From positions 41,726,001-41,790,000 of the forward strand of contig NC_086099.1 of assembly GCF_963921235.1 (NCBI RefSeq): a DNA stretch of 64,000 bases, in the 5' to 3' direction. How positions within the stretch are numbered: position 1 is the stretch's first letter; each line of letters opens with the position of its first letter. The position numbers and the translations under genes were made by a program. The notes under the pieces were generated by a model. It saw only the letters and a list, made by a program, of their open reading frames with translations. It did no database searches and was not told where the DNA came from. This document shows, one piece after another, positions 38,888 through 51,609 of the stretch. The stretch comes from Mobula hypostoma. Taxonomy: Eukaryota.

Positions 38888-41800
38888 TTGTTGTTGTTTG
38901 TCCTTCGTAGTCGAAGATGACCATGGCTTCAAGGTCAAATGGGAGATTGGTGGCTGTGGGTCCGGAGCTGACTGATGAGGCCAATCCAGGCCCTGAAGGC
39001 TCACCCACATGTGGGACACAAGTGGGTGGGTGCTGTCGTGGCAGTGGATGCTGCTCGGGCCTTGCGCACAGCATGCTTTCGTTGCGCCTCGATGATGCGC
39101 CTGACTTCAGCTGCACGGGCTCCTGTGGTGATCTTGCTGCGCCAAGCTGGACGGTCGAGGGCAAGCGTCTCCCATGTGTTGGTGTTGACACCCAGGCCTT
39201 TGAGGGACGCTTTGAGGCAGTCTTCGTAACGTTTCTTCTGCCCCCGACTGAGCGCTTGCCCTGACACAGTTCTCCGTACAGCAGCTGCTTAGGCAAGCGG
39301 TTGTCTGGCATTCTGACCACATGTCCAGCCCACCTGGCTTGGGCTTTCAGCAGGAGGGTGTAGACGCTGCAGAGCCCAGCTCGTTCCAGGATTTCCATGT
39401 CGGGGACTTTGTCCTGCCACCTGATGTGGAGGAGTCTGCGGAGACAGCTCAGGTGAAAGTGGTTGAGCTGTTTGGCGTGCCTGCTGTAGACAGTCCAGGT
39501 CTCGCTGGCGTAAAGGAGGGTGGTAAGGACCACTGCACAGTAGACCTTCAGCTTGGTGGTAAGGCTGAGTTTCCCAAAGGCGGTGCTGGTTTTGGCAATC
39601 CTGTTGTTGACCTCAGCGTCTACGTTCACTGCGTGAGAGAGTATGCTGCCCAGGTAGGTGAAGTTGTCGACTGCCTGGAGGTTCTGGCCCTTCACCGTGA
39701 TGCGCGGCTCCTGGTATGGCTTTCCTGGGGCAGGCTGGTACATAACTTCGGTCTTTTTGGTGCTGATAGTGAGACCGAAGTTGTCGCAGGCTTGTGAGAA
39801 GCAGTCCATTTCACGCTGCATCTCCTGCTCTGTGCTGGCGTTGAGTGCGCAGTCATCAGCAAACAAGAAGTCTCTGATGACAGTCTCTCGCACCTTTGTA
39901 ACTGCCTACAGGCGCCTAAGGTTGAACAACCTGCCGTCAGTCCTGTACCTGACGTGGATTCTTTCTTCGTGGTTACGGAAGGCATCTGTCAGCATGGCAG
40001 AGAATACCATACTGAACAGAGTCGGGGCAAGAACGCAGCCTTGTTTGACGCCATTTGTCACTGGGAAAGCCTCCGACTCGTTGCCGTCATCCAGAACTTT
40101 CACCATCATACCGTCGTGGAACTGCCGGACGATTGTGATGAACTTGCTGGGGCAGCCAAACTTCTTCATGATCTTCCACAAGCCTTCTCTGCTGACCGTA
40201 TCGAAAGCCTTGGTTAGATCGACAAAGGTCACGAAGTGGTCACTGTGTTGCTCCTGGCATTTTTCCTGGAGTTTGCGCGCAGCAAAAATCATGTCCGCGG
40301 TCCCACGTTCAGCACGGAAGCCGCACTGGCTTTCTGGGAGCAGACCTTGCTCAAGATGTTGGAGAAGGCGGTTGAGCAGGACAGGGGCCAGAATCTTCCC
40401 CGCAATGGACAAGAGGGAGATGCCTCGGTGGTTGTCGCAAGACTGGCGGTTGCCTTTCCTCTTGTAGATGTGGACTATGCTGGCATCTTTCAGCCGTTGC
40501 GGGACCTGTCCCTTTTTCCACATGGACTGGAAGAGAACAGTCAGCTTTTGCATCATGACAGGGCCTCCTGCTTTGTATACCTCAGCAGGAATTGCATCGG
40601 GTCCTGGCGCTTTGCCACAGGAGAGTTGCTTCACTGCCTTCCTGACTTCATCTACTGTGGGGAGGGTGTGGAGGTTCTTGTTGATCTCTACCTGGGGCAG
40701 GCGGGCAATGGCCTCATCGTTGATGTCGCAGGGCGGTTAAGGACGTTGTTAAAGTGCTCAGCCCACCGATCCAGAATCTGCTTCTTCTCTGTCAGCAGCT
40801 GTGTCTCATCTGTGTTGAGGAGGGGTGAGGAGCCAGAGGACTGGGGTCCGTATACAGCCTTAAGCGCATCGTAGAAGCGCTTTATGTCGTGGCTGTCTGC
40901 ATAGCCCTGGATTTCATCGGCCTTCTTGCTGAACCAGCTGTCCTGCATCTCGCGAAGTTTTTTCTGCTCCTTTCTTCTTGCGTTGGTAAAGGCATCTTTC
41001 TTGGCTAGTGACGTGGGGTCGTTCTGACGTGCTCTGTAATGTTGATGTTTCTCCGTTAGTAGTGCCTGTATTTCTTCATCATTCTCATCGAACCAGTCTT
41101 GATTTCTTCGGGTTGCTGGTCCGAGATGTTCGAGGGCGGTAGTGTAGACAGCGTCTCTGAAGGCCGTCCACTGTTCCTCAACGCTGGTCCCGTCTTCCTG
41201 TGGTGTGTCTGGCAGTCTGCCTTCAAGGTCATCGACAAATTCTTCTGCAACCCTGCTGCTTTTCAGCTTGGAGACATTCAGCCTCTTTGCAGTCTTCTGC
41301 CCTTGGGGTCTTCTCATGGGCAGAGTGCGAAGCCTGAACTTGGACACAATGAGGCGGTGGTCGGTCCAGCAGTCTGCACCACACATGGCTCTCGTCACTC
41401 TGACATCCATCCTGTCCCTCTTCCTGGTGATGATGTAGTCAATCAGATGCCAGTGCTTCAAGCGTGGGTGCATCCATGACGTCTTCTTACGGGTGGGTAA
41501 GCGGAACAGGGTGTTGGTGATGACAAGGTCGTGTGTGGCACATGTCTTGAGGAGCAGAAGGTCGCTGCTGTTACACTTGCCAGTGCCGTGTCTACCAATG
41601 ATCCCTTCCCAGGTTTGATAGTCTGTCCCTACTCTGGCATTGAAGCCCCGGAGAACGATGAGCTTCTCTGACTGTGGGATTGCTGAGATGAGGGCGTCGA
41701 GTTCTTCATGGAACTTGTCTTTAATGTCATCTGGGTTGGTCATGGTGGGAGCGTAGGCACTAATCAGCGTAGCACTCTTCTTGTTCGCAAGTGGGAGCTG

Positions 41801-43154
41801 AAGTGTCATCAGGCGGTCGTTGATGCTCTCTGGGTGCTTGGTGAGTTTACAGGTGAGGTTAGAATTGATGGCAAATCCCACGCCTGCTTCTCGTCGTTCA
41901 GCGCTGCTGCGACCGCTCCAGAAGAACGTGTATCCACCACTACGTTCTGTCAGCTGGCCCTTGTCCTCTAGGCACGTTTCGCTGAGAGCTGCTATGTCCA
42001 CGTTGTAGTGAGCTAGCTCTTTTGCAACCAGTGCAGTTCTTCTCTCTGGTCTGTCTGCCTTGATGTTATCTCGCAGAGTTCTCACGTTCCATGTGCCAAG
42101 GTTGAGCACCGTCACTTTCTTCTTCACTGTTGTAGGTCGACCGCTATGAGGGATCCCCACCAGCCGCGGTAAGCTGGCCAAGGTGAAGTGAAGCAGACTA
42201 TGTTTGAGGCACCTTTTCCAGCCCCTTCCTCCATGGAGGTGAGCAGAGCGATCCTAAAGAGGGCTGCTCAGACACCCAGGGGGCTGCCGAACTCAACTGC
42301 TGCTTCAGTCCAGTAGAGAGCGACCCTATGCCCTGGGCCGCCTGTGTGCAGGTTTGTGACTACAGCTTCCAGTGTATCCGTACCTGCTGCTTCGCCACTC
42401 CCCCATCGCCACAGGACTTTAGGTTGCGCGTTGGGTTTGAAGTCATGACTTGCGCTTGACTTGGATTAAAATGAGGGAGAGTTGCGCAGGTCGTCAGCCT
42501 CACTCTCTCGTCCCGGCCTATCTGGACCCAGTGGCAAGACATAGCCGAGACGGCTGGAGATAGGTCAGGATGCAGTGGATGGCCAGCAGTGTTCTGTGTG
42601 TCTCACGGTACCCTCTTAGCGCTCCACGACGCATTGCTGAGAATCGCCTTTCTGCCCGTTGAACCAGTGATGGTTTCTTCCGCGTAGTCCACCGAATCCA
42701 GGATTCACACGCTAGGTAGACAAGCCCTGAGTGTTGTGGGTCTACTGCGGTTCTTGCGGCATACTCGCAAGCCTCCCTACCCATTGTTGGGCATCCTCAT
42801 CCGCCTTTGCAGCCGTTGGGAGACGTCTCCTCTTCCGCCTGCTCCGCTGTTGGGGTGATCACCTTGGTTACTGGCCTATGGAAGTGGGCTTGCAGCTCGC
42901 CGCCACGCTGGCCGTACCGGGCGGCGGCGGTCACGATGAGCGGCAGGCCAGCTCCAGGCCTCGGGCCCCGCCCCCTCCGCCCGCCGCCGCCTCGCACCGG
43001 CTGCAGGTTGCCAATGGTGCGGTGGCGGCGGGCGGCCTGGGGCTGGGCCCCGGCCCCGGCCTCACCAAGAGGTGGCACCGCACCTCCCCACACCGCGGCG
43101 GCCGGAAGATGCACCGGCCCAGCCCACTGCACCAACTGAACCATCACCGGACAG
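38888..43154 (-). mobile_element. Full-length RTE-clade LINE (APE-RT single ORF, frameshifted)
   Basis: 11-bp TSD TTACGCTATTG at 38877-38887 and 43155-43165. GTWNVRTL/ALSET/IDYII/TDH endonuclease motifs; QCGFR, GVKQGC and FADD RT motifs. (AAC)n tail. Frameshifts near 40735, 39905 and 39240. Confidence 0.95.
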
Positions 43155-43299
43155 TTACGCTATTGAAGATTAGTTAGCATCAAAGTGGGGTCACAGCTCT
43201 CTACTTCTGCCTTTGTTCAATCTCACTCCATGCCTTTGTTGCACCTCTTGAAGTGCAATGCCGGTAACACCCAGAAACAAAAAAAAATTCAGTGTGGTG

Positions 43300-43390
43300 T
43301 ACACAAAATGCTGGAGGAACTCAGCAGATCAGGCAACATTTATAGAGGAAAATAAACAGATGACGTTTGGACCTGAGACCCTTCATCAAT
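43300..43390. mobile_element. Penelope-type short element, single arm
   Basis: acacaaaatgctggaggaactcagcag...tgacgtttggacctgagacccttcatca. Confidence 0.65.
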
Positions 43391-43904
43391 CAGCTGTGCA
43401 TATTTAAATCCTATGGTAAACAAAGATAGTAGCATTTCATTGTACTAAAGAATGTTTGAATAGTCATCAGTGAATGCTTACCTACAGCTATTTAGTATCA
43501 CATAGCCTAATCAGTTTTCTTAAAGAAGCTGCTGTCAGTCACTTTAGCACTCTTTAAAAAAATATTTTAAGCAAGTTTGAAGTATGTTTATGTGGAACCA
43601 GGAAGTAAAAAATCTAAGCTTCCACTTTGAACTTGTTTCCACTGGCTGGGTTCTTATATGGAATTTCCAGATTTTCTTGACCCTTCCAACCAGCAAGCAA
43701 AAAAATGAATACCCTGTAACAGAATATTACTGGTGAAGTTCAGAAGACTTTCCAAATAGTTCTGTCATTCTGGATCATGCGTTCCATTTCCCTCCACTCA
43801 TCCGGTGAGGACACCAGTAGTTATATATTCACGTCAACTGGGGACATTCAAGCAGCATGTCACAGAGTCATGAAGATGTACAACATGAAAACAAGCCATC
43901 GGCC

Positions 43905-45420
43905 CGCTGGAATCTGCAAGCAGCAAATGAGGAGGTAGCCAGAACATTGACAGGCATCTTTGTGTCTTCACTAGCAAAAAGCGAGATCCCAATAGACTGG
44001 GGAATAGCCAATGTTGTACCTTTGCTCAAGAAGGGAAAGAGGGATAATTCAGGTAATTATAGCCAGTGAGACTCAATTCAGTGCTAGGGAAGCTATTGGA
44101 GAGGTTACTGAGGGATTGGATTTATTGACATTTGGTAGGATATAGCCTGCTGAGAGACAATTAGTGTGGCTTTGTGCAGAGCAGGTCAAATCTTGCCAAC
44201 TTGATTTGGTTTCTGAGGTGTTCAAGGTGCTTGAAGGGGAAAAGGCAGTAGATGTTATCTACATGGACCCCAAGGCATTTTACTTCATCTCTTGTGGTAG
44301 ATTGATTCAGAAGCTAAAAATACATGAGATTCTGGGTGAATTGCAAGCTTGGATTTTGAACTGGCTCAGCCACAGAAGACAGGGTAGAGGTGGAAGGCTG
44401 TTTTTCTGAATGAAGGTCTGTAGCCAGTGATGGTTTGTAAGGATCAGTGCTGGAACCTCTGCTGTTTGTGCTATATACATTTTATGAATGATTTGGATGA
44501 AGATATAGATTGGTGGATTGGCAGGTTTGTTAATGACACCAAGATGAGTGGAGATGTGGAGAGTGTGATGGACTATCAAAGAATACAGCAGGACATAGAT
44601 CAATTTCAGACATAAACAGAGAAGTGGTAGATGGAGTATAATACAGGCAAATGTAAGGTGTTCACTTTGGGAGGTCAGGTGGAAGGAGAAAGTATACAGT
44701 TGATGGTTGAGGCCTTAATAACATTGAGTACAGGAGGATCTTGGGATCTAAATCCATAGTTGACTAAAATAGGCTACTCAAGTGGAATAGGCAATAAAGG
44801 AGGCTGATAGAATGCTTGTCTTCATTGGTAGGTTTGTTGAGTATAAGAGTAAGGAAGTCATATTGCAGTTCTATAAAACTTTCATCAGACTGCACGGAGT
44901 GTTGTGTACAGTTCTGGTCGTTGCATTAGAGGAAGGATGTGGATATCATGGAAAGGGAACACAAGAAGTTTCCCAGGGTGATGCCTGGATTAGAGGGCAA
45001 GAGTTACAAGGGCAGAGGATGAGGAGAAACCTAGCAGAGGTTTTTTTTAATTATGAGAAGCACTGATAGAGCAGATAGTCAGAACCTGTTCCAGAGGGTA
45101 GAAATGTCAAACACCAACGGACATGTTTTTATGGTGGGAGTGGTGGTGGTGGTGGGTGGGGGGAGGGGGTCAGGGAATGTAAAGGTGACATGAGGGGAAA
45201 ATTATTTTTTCTCCACAGAGTGTGGTAGGTATCTAAAATGGCTTACAGGGGTAGTAGTGGAATAATGAGGCAGTTTGGAGGACTTTAAGAGGCTTTTAGA
45301 TAGACTCATGAATTTGAGGGGAAAGGAGGGAGATAGATGATAAACAGAAGGAGAACATTTAGCATTGATCAGCATCAAGGTCAAGACAACATTTTGGGCT
45401 GAAATGAAGTTCTCAATACC
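43905..45420 (+). mobile_element. CR1-type LINE, decayed
   Basis: DWGIANVVPLLKKG..NY, AVDVIYMD, FVNDTK and VEYKSKEVILQ. Confidence 0.8.
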
Positions 45421-46599
45421 TGGGAGCAAACTCATATACCGTGCCTTGTCTGAAATTAAACTTTTCTAAACCTTTGGAAACCTCACAAAGAGTTCTCATA
45501 TCTGCATTGCTCCATTTAATTTTCAGCCAGCAACATATAATATCAAAACAAGTATATGAGCACATTATATGTCTTTGCTTATAAACCTGAGATTTTAATC
45601 ACCTTATTAAATTTCCTTGCCATGTGGAAGTATTCATGTACTGTATATGGTTCTCAAGTTGCAGTTTAATTACATTGGTTCATTTTAGATATTTCAAAAA
45701 TATCTTCATTTCCTTTTGAGAATATTTACTTTTGAAATTTTGGGGTCTCCATTCTTGAGTATTCTTTACTGATTTATGTTAACCTGAAGATCTCTGGCTG
45801 TAAATCATTTGCACTTGCTGTCACTCGCTTCCCAAATCAAACCCACTTCTGTTTCCTTCCTTGAAATGATCAAGAAAATTCCCCTGCCTGTTATTTTTTT
45901 CTGGTCTACTTTGTGGTAATTTAATCCAATTTTTATTCTACTCTTACTTTTGTGACGCAAGTGAAATTTACCAGAAAGGTGGTATTGTTTAGGTGTTTAT
46001 AAAGCCCACAAATAAAATAACTTCCAGTGTTCCTAAACTCATCAAGTAAATTCAAACCATGAACTTTTCAGTGAAGCCAGAGAGCCATAATAATGCTCAA
46101 AGGCCCTACATGAAGTTTATGGGCAGCAGTGCACGTGCCTGAGGTATGGATTACCTACAGTAGATTAAGCACTTGAAAACAGTGGAGAGACACCACTGCT
46201 GCTGCCTTCATTAAACTAGTCAGCAAGGGAATTCCTACAGTAACTATTTCTGCCTGAACAATAAAAAATGCTGGTAATACCCAAAATATGAGCCTCAGTG
46301 AAGAGAATAGATAGTCCTGTGCCTGAAAGATTAACCTCTTAGCAAAACTAATTCTGATGAAAGCTAATAATTTTAGTACATTACTTCTGTCTTTTTTTTA
46401 CAACTCCTGACTGGCATTTTAACAGTTCCATGTGCTTTTTAATTTTGTTATTTTTAATACGTAATTGTACTACCAAAATCAGCAAGTTATACTGATTGGG
46501 ATATATTAAGGAATGAAGGGAATAATGGATACTGGAATATTTTCCAGTAAAATAAAGCATATATTTCCTGGTCAGCAACAATGTTACTTCATATTCATT

Positions 46600-46738
46600 A
46601 ACACAAGAGAAGAAATTCTCAGATGCTGAAAATCCAGAGAGACAGACACAAAATGCTGGAGGAACTGCGCAGGTCAGGCAGTATCTATGGAAAGGAAAAT
46701 AGAGTCAACATTTTGAGCCAAAACCCTTCATCAGAACC
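46600..46738. mobile_element. Penelope-type short element, single arm
   Basis: agatgctgaaaatccag...acacaaaatgctggaggaactgcgcagg...cccttcatcag. Confidence 0.65.
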
Positions 46739-46924
46739 TCATATTTATTGTTATCTTACCCAACTTTTAACCAATATTTAAACTAAGGATGAAGCAGAAG
46801 AAATAAATCTGAACACTGCTTGTGGGATGACCTAGTTTGTCATTTATGGTGCAAACTTCATTGTAGAGATCTTGGGCAGCAAGAGCTTCATGTTACAAAT
46901 TTTAAATTATTATCTGTTTTTAAT

Positions 46925-47110
46925 ATGATTGTGGGTGTAATGAGTCATAGTTTTCTGATGTTAAATGATGTTGATAAAACTGTTAAAATGTAACGAGTGT
47001 TTCAAGACAAGAGCACCAAATGTCACATGACTCTAAAACGGCACAATACCACATCCTCCACAAAATGCTACAAGAGTGGCTCATTATTCTCACACCACTA
47101 TATGGACAAA
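46925..47110 (+). promoter_or_regulatory. Granzyme promoter (RUNX/T-box-like, AP-1, ETS-like motifs)
   Basis: TGTGGGTGTAAT 46930-46941, TGAGTCA 46941-46947, CTGTTAAAA 46980-46988, ACCACATCCTCC 47048-47059. Three of these blocks recur upstream of the paralogue. Confidence 0.65.
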
Positions 47111-47174
47111 ATGATCAGCAAGCTTCAGACAGCCCTTGTTCTTCTAGTGACCACAGTCCTAGCAAACCAAAGCT
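47111..47174 (+). CDS. GZMK-like: Granzyme A/K-like gene exon 1 (signal peptide)
   Basis: MISKLQTALVLLVTTVLANQS + T|gtaagt (phase 1). An in-frame upstream ATG exists at 47102, but the paralogue at 63922 aligns to 47111. Confidence 0.88.
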
Positions 47175-47255
47175 GTAAGTATTTGATGAGGTGGGTTTCT
47201 AACTTAGTTATCATTAAAGAGCACTTACTTCAGCTATGTATTTTGTCCATTATAG

Positions 47256-47400
47256 ATGACTGCTCAGAAATCACTGGGGGTCGTAAGGTTAAACCTTATT
47301 CAAGACCTTATCTGGTGTCCATTGAAAGCAATAACAAGCATGTATGTGGAGGAAGCTTGATTCAAGCAAAATGGGTTTTAACAGCAGCAACCTGTCTACA
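47256..47400 (+). CDS. GZMK-like: Granzyme A/K-like exon 2 (SE prodipeptide, ITGG, His57 position = Thr)
   Basis: ttatag|(Y)DCSE-ITGGRKVKPYSRPYLVSIESNNKHVCGGSLIQAKWVLTAATCL|gtaaga. PYSRPY resembles the granzyme PHSRPY motif. TAATC replaces TAAHC. Confidence 0.93.
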
Positions 47401-48174
47401 GTAAGATATTTTATTTATTCCAGCCTACCTTTGATTATCGTACATCAATGAAGGACATTTCCAGTTTGCTTCTCTAAATCTTGGCTTTATGTTACAAAAT
47501 GTGCTATTGTGCTCGTTTCCTTTGTACTTTAGGATGAACTCAAAACTAAGATATAGGCAATAATGCGTGATGATAGGGGTGTTTGGAAGGTAAAGGTCAA
47601 CAAGTAAATGTGGTGTGAGGTTATCTGTAACTAATTGTTTCCTACAATAGTCAATTATATTAATTAGGATTTCAAAGGGAGGTAAAGCTGTCAGAAGTAG
47701 AACCTTAAGGCTAAGAACAAATGATAAGAACAAGATCCAGACTATAAAATGTACAAAAGATGATGCAAATGTTCTTATTCAGAAAAAAATAAATTATCAC
47801 AACTTAAGAATGCCACGGGGTAATGATAAACCAGAGGTATGATTAGTTAAATGTGAGATACAAGACATCAGAACATAATTAGTCCACTTGTACCGCAGTG
47901 GGGAAAAATATGTGAGATGTTTATTTCCTGACAAGGATAGCCTCGCTGAAATCCTTAACTGCAATCTTGAAGTAGGACGAGATAAGAATTTGCACAATGG
48001 TTATAAAAGTGACTGTGACAATTCAGCTACATTTATTTGTCAAGCTTCCCAATTTGCCTTCAGCTCTAAGGCTGGTTACTGCATCACTCAGAGACACTAG
48101 ATAGATTTCAATCCCCTTTAACATTTGACTCATTGGCTTCATGTTGGTTCCTATATCCCACATCCTCTTCTCCC

Positions 48175-48420
48175 CACATCCCACTAAATTATTCACTCAC
48201 AAATACCATCAATCAATTTTGATTAGTTTTGCCAATTGCCTACACTATGGGTCATTTACAGTGGCCAGTTAACCCACCCGTATGGCTATTGGATGTGGAA
48301 GAACACTTGAGCTCCTGAAGGAAATCAACATCACAGTTAGGAGGCAGCAACTTGGCCAAGAGAGCAACCTAGCTGAGAATCAAATCTAGGTCCCTGAACC
48401 GTGCTTCACCACACTGTGCT
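48175..48420 (-). mobile_element. V-SINE-like remnant in granzyme intron 2
   Basis: atttacagtggccagttaacc...ggatgtggaagaacacttgagctcctgaaggaaa is the reverse of the V domain. Confidence 0.45.
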
Positions 48421-49442
48421 GCTGAAGATGAGATTAGTAAGTTTAAGGTCACCACCACATTGAAGTTGTCCTCCAAGTTACTCAGCACCCATTGTCATTC
48501 CGTCATCATCAAATCAGACAGGAAGGAATGGCAGATCGTAACTGAATGGCCAGATGGCCTAATTCTGCTCCTGTGTTTTATGGCAATAATATTGTGCAAG
48601 CACCCTAACCATAGGCTAAAGCAGTTAAAGACAGTAGTTTATTGCCACTGTCAATTAAGGCTGACAGTATTCCCTTACAAAATCCTTCCTCTCACATCCC
48701 CTCCTTTAGGGCATTAAATCTTGGTCAGCAATGCCCTGTGAATGAATATTAATGTTAGTACATGAACAGTCAGCTTTGATATACAAGGGTTGAAGTACAA
48801 CAGCATGCAAGTTCAGGCCTTACAAACTCCATCCTGCCCCTATAATGATGCAAAACAAAAGATTCAACTGGACTATTACATTTAGTGCTGCATTCCACAA
48901 CTCAGGAAGATTGTTATCATGGTGCACTCAGAGGACTGGACCCAAGTGCAGAGAAACAGCAGGATCCTCAGGAAAAGATGGAAACAAGAGGTTAAACATC
49001 ATAATCATAACCTCAGAGGAGATACAGAGAATCACCACACAAATTCATCCTCTCCACCACAATGACCTCACTAAGGTGGGGCATGAGAGTTTGTTTTAAA
49101 TAATCATAGAATGCAGGAAACATGTGCCAGCCACAATTAACTTGACAAAATTAAACCGAAAACACAAGGGCTTAACAACTCTAGTTAAGATATTGATTAT
49201 TAAATACAGGTTCTCACGAACCCTAGATGCTCAAGACACTATGGCAAGCCACAGGGCCCATGACAGTTATCCTCACCTTGGAAAAAGCGCACTAACAATT
49301 CATCAGAATTAAGCTAAGCTCTAGATATTAAATTGAGGCAGGTTGTATAGACCAGCCTTGTATTCTTTGGAGATGGAACTATCAAAGAGTGAGCTTAACT
49401 TGAGCTACTCCATGCAAATGTGATTTCCATCACACAAAGGAT

Positions 49443-51601
49443 AGAACTGAGGATATCCTAGCAGAAAAGACAGTGGAACAGCAACGGCAGGTATTCTTGG
49501 GAATAATGCACAAGGTGCAAAATCAGTTCATCCCCCAGAGAAGGGAGGATTCAAAGGGGGGAAAGTGGCCACAGTGGTTGACAGAGGAAGTCAGAGATAG
49601 CATAGCATTAAAAAAAGAAGTATAACAGAGCTAAGGTGAGTGGGAAGATGGATAATTGGGAAATTTTTAAGGAGCAACAGAGCTTAACTAAAAAGGCAAT
49701 ACGGGGAGAAAAAATGAGGTATGAACACAAGCTAGCTAGGAATATAAAGGAGGATAGCAAAAGTTTTTTTAGGTATGTGAAGAGAAGGAAGATAGGTAAG
49801 AACAATGTTGGGCCCTTGAAGAATGAATTGGGAGAGATTGTTATGGGAAACAGAGAAATGGCAGGCGAATTTAATGTAGTTTGGATCTGTCTTCACTAGG
49901 GAAGACACAAGCAATCTCCCAGATGTATGGATGGGCCAAGGACATAGGGTAACAGAGGAACTGAAACAGATTGACATTAGGAAGGAAATGGTGATGAGTA
50001 GACTGATGGGACTGAAGGCTAACAAATCCCCAGGTCCAGATGGTCTGCATCCTAGGATACTAAAGGAGGTGGCTCTGGAAATTGCGGATGCATTGGTGAT
50101 CATTTTCCAATGTTCCTTAGATTCAGGATCAGTTCCTGAGGATTGGCGAATGGCTAATGTTATCCCACTTTTTAATAAAGGAGGGAGGGAGGGAGAAAAC
50201 AGAGAACTATCGCCCTGTTAGCCTAACATCAGTAGTGGGGAAGATGCTAGAGTCCATTATTAAAGATGAAATAGCGGCATATCTTGATAGCAGTGATAGG
50301 ATTGGGCCGAGCCAGCATGGATTTACCAAGTGCAAATCATGCTTGACTAATCTACTGGAGTTTTTTGAGGATGTAACCAGGAAGGTAGACGTGGGAGATC
50401 CAGTGGATGTGGTGTACCTTGACTTTCAGAAGGCATTCGATAAGGTACCACATAGGAGATTGGTGGGTAAAATCAGAGCTCATGGCATTGCGGGGAGGAT
50501 ATTGACATGGATAGAAAACTGGTTGGCAGATAGAAAGCAAAGGGTAGCAGTGAATGGGTGTTTCTTGGAATGGCAGGTGGTGACTAGTGGGGTGCCACAG
50601 GGCTCGGTATTGGGACCACAGCTGTTTACGATTTACATCAATGATTTAGAGGAAGGCATTGTGAATAACATCAGCAAGTTTGCTGATGATACTAAGCTGG
50701 GTGGCAGTGTGACATGTGATGAGGATGTTAGGAGAATTCAAGGTGACTTGGATAGGCTGGGTGAGTGGGCAGAAACTTGGCAGATGGCGTTTAATGTGAA
50801 TAAGTGTGAGGTTATTCACTTTGAGAGCAAGAACAGGAAGGCAGATTATTATCTGAATGGTGTGGAGTTAGGTAAGGGAGAAATACAAAGAGATCTAGGA
50901 GTACTTGTTCATCAGTCTCTGAAGGTGAATGAGCAAGTGCAGCAGGCAGTGAAGAAGGCTAATGGAATGTTGGCCTTTATTACAAAGGGAATGGAGTACA
51001 AGAGCAAGGAAATCCTTTTGCATTTGTACAGGGCCCTGGTGAGACCACACCTTGTGTATTGTGTGCAGTTTTGGTCTCCAGGGTTAAGGAAGGACATCCT
51101 GGCTGTGGAGGAGGTGCAGCGTAGGTTCACTAGGTTAATTCCTGGGATGTCCGGACTGTCTTACGCAGAGAGGTTAGAGAGACTGGGCTTGTACACGCTG
51201 GAATTAAGGAGATTGAGGGGGGATCTGATTGAGACATATAAGATTATTAAGGGATTGGACAAGATAGAGGCAGGAAATATGTTCCAGTTGCTGGGAGAGT
51301 CCAGTACCAGAGGGCATGGTTTAAGGATAAGGGGTAGGTCATTTAGCACAGAGTTGAGGAAGAACTTCTTCTCCCAGAGAGTTGTGGAGATGTGGAACGC
51401 GCTGCCTCAGAAGACAGTGGAGGCCAATTCACTGGATGCTTTCAAGAAGCAGCTAGATAGGTATCTTATAGATAGGGGAATCAAGGGTTATGGGGACAAA
51501 GCAGGAACCGGGTATTGATAGTAGATGATCATCCATGATCTCAAAATGGCGGTGCAGGCTCGAAGGGCCGAATGGTCTACTTCCGCACCTATTGTCAATT
51601 G
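49443..51601 (+). mobile_element. Young CR1-type LINE in granzyme intron 2; RT-to-C-terminus frame open (ORF 50157-51518)
   Basis: [37 protein letters not shown] and RDLGV without stops. 5'-truncated, with no endonuclease. Confidence 0.95.
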
Positions 51602-51609
51602 ATAGGGGA

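Noticed and set aside
38917-42008. Long plus-strand ORFs (e.g. 39658-40467, 40236-40874)
   Set aside because: Antisense shadows of the RTE ORF.
42731-43177. GC-rich Pro/Arg/Gly ORFs as a host gene or host CpG-island promoter
   Set aside because: They lie inside the RTE's TSDs. Stop-poor composition explains the ORFs.
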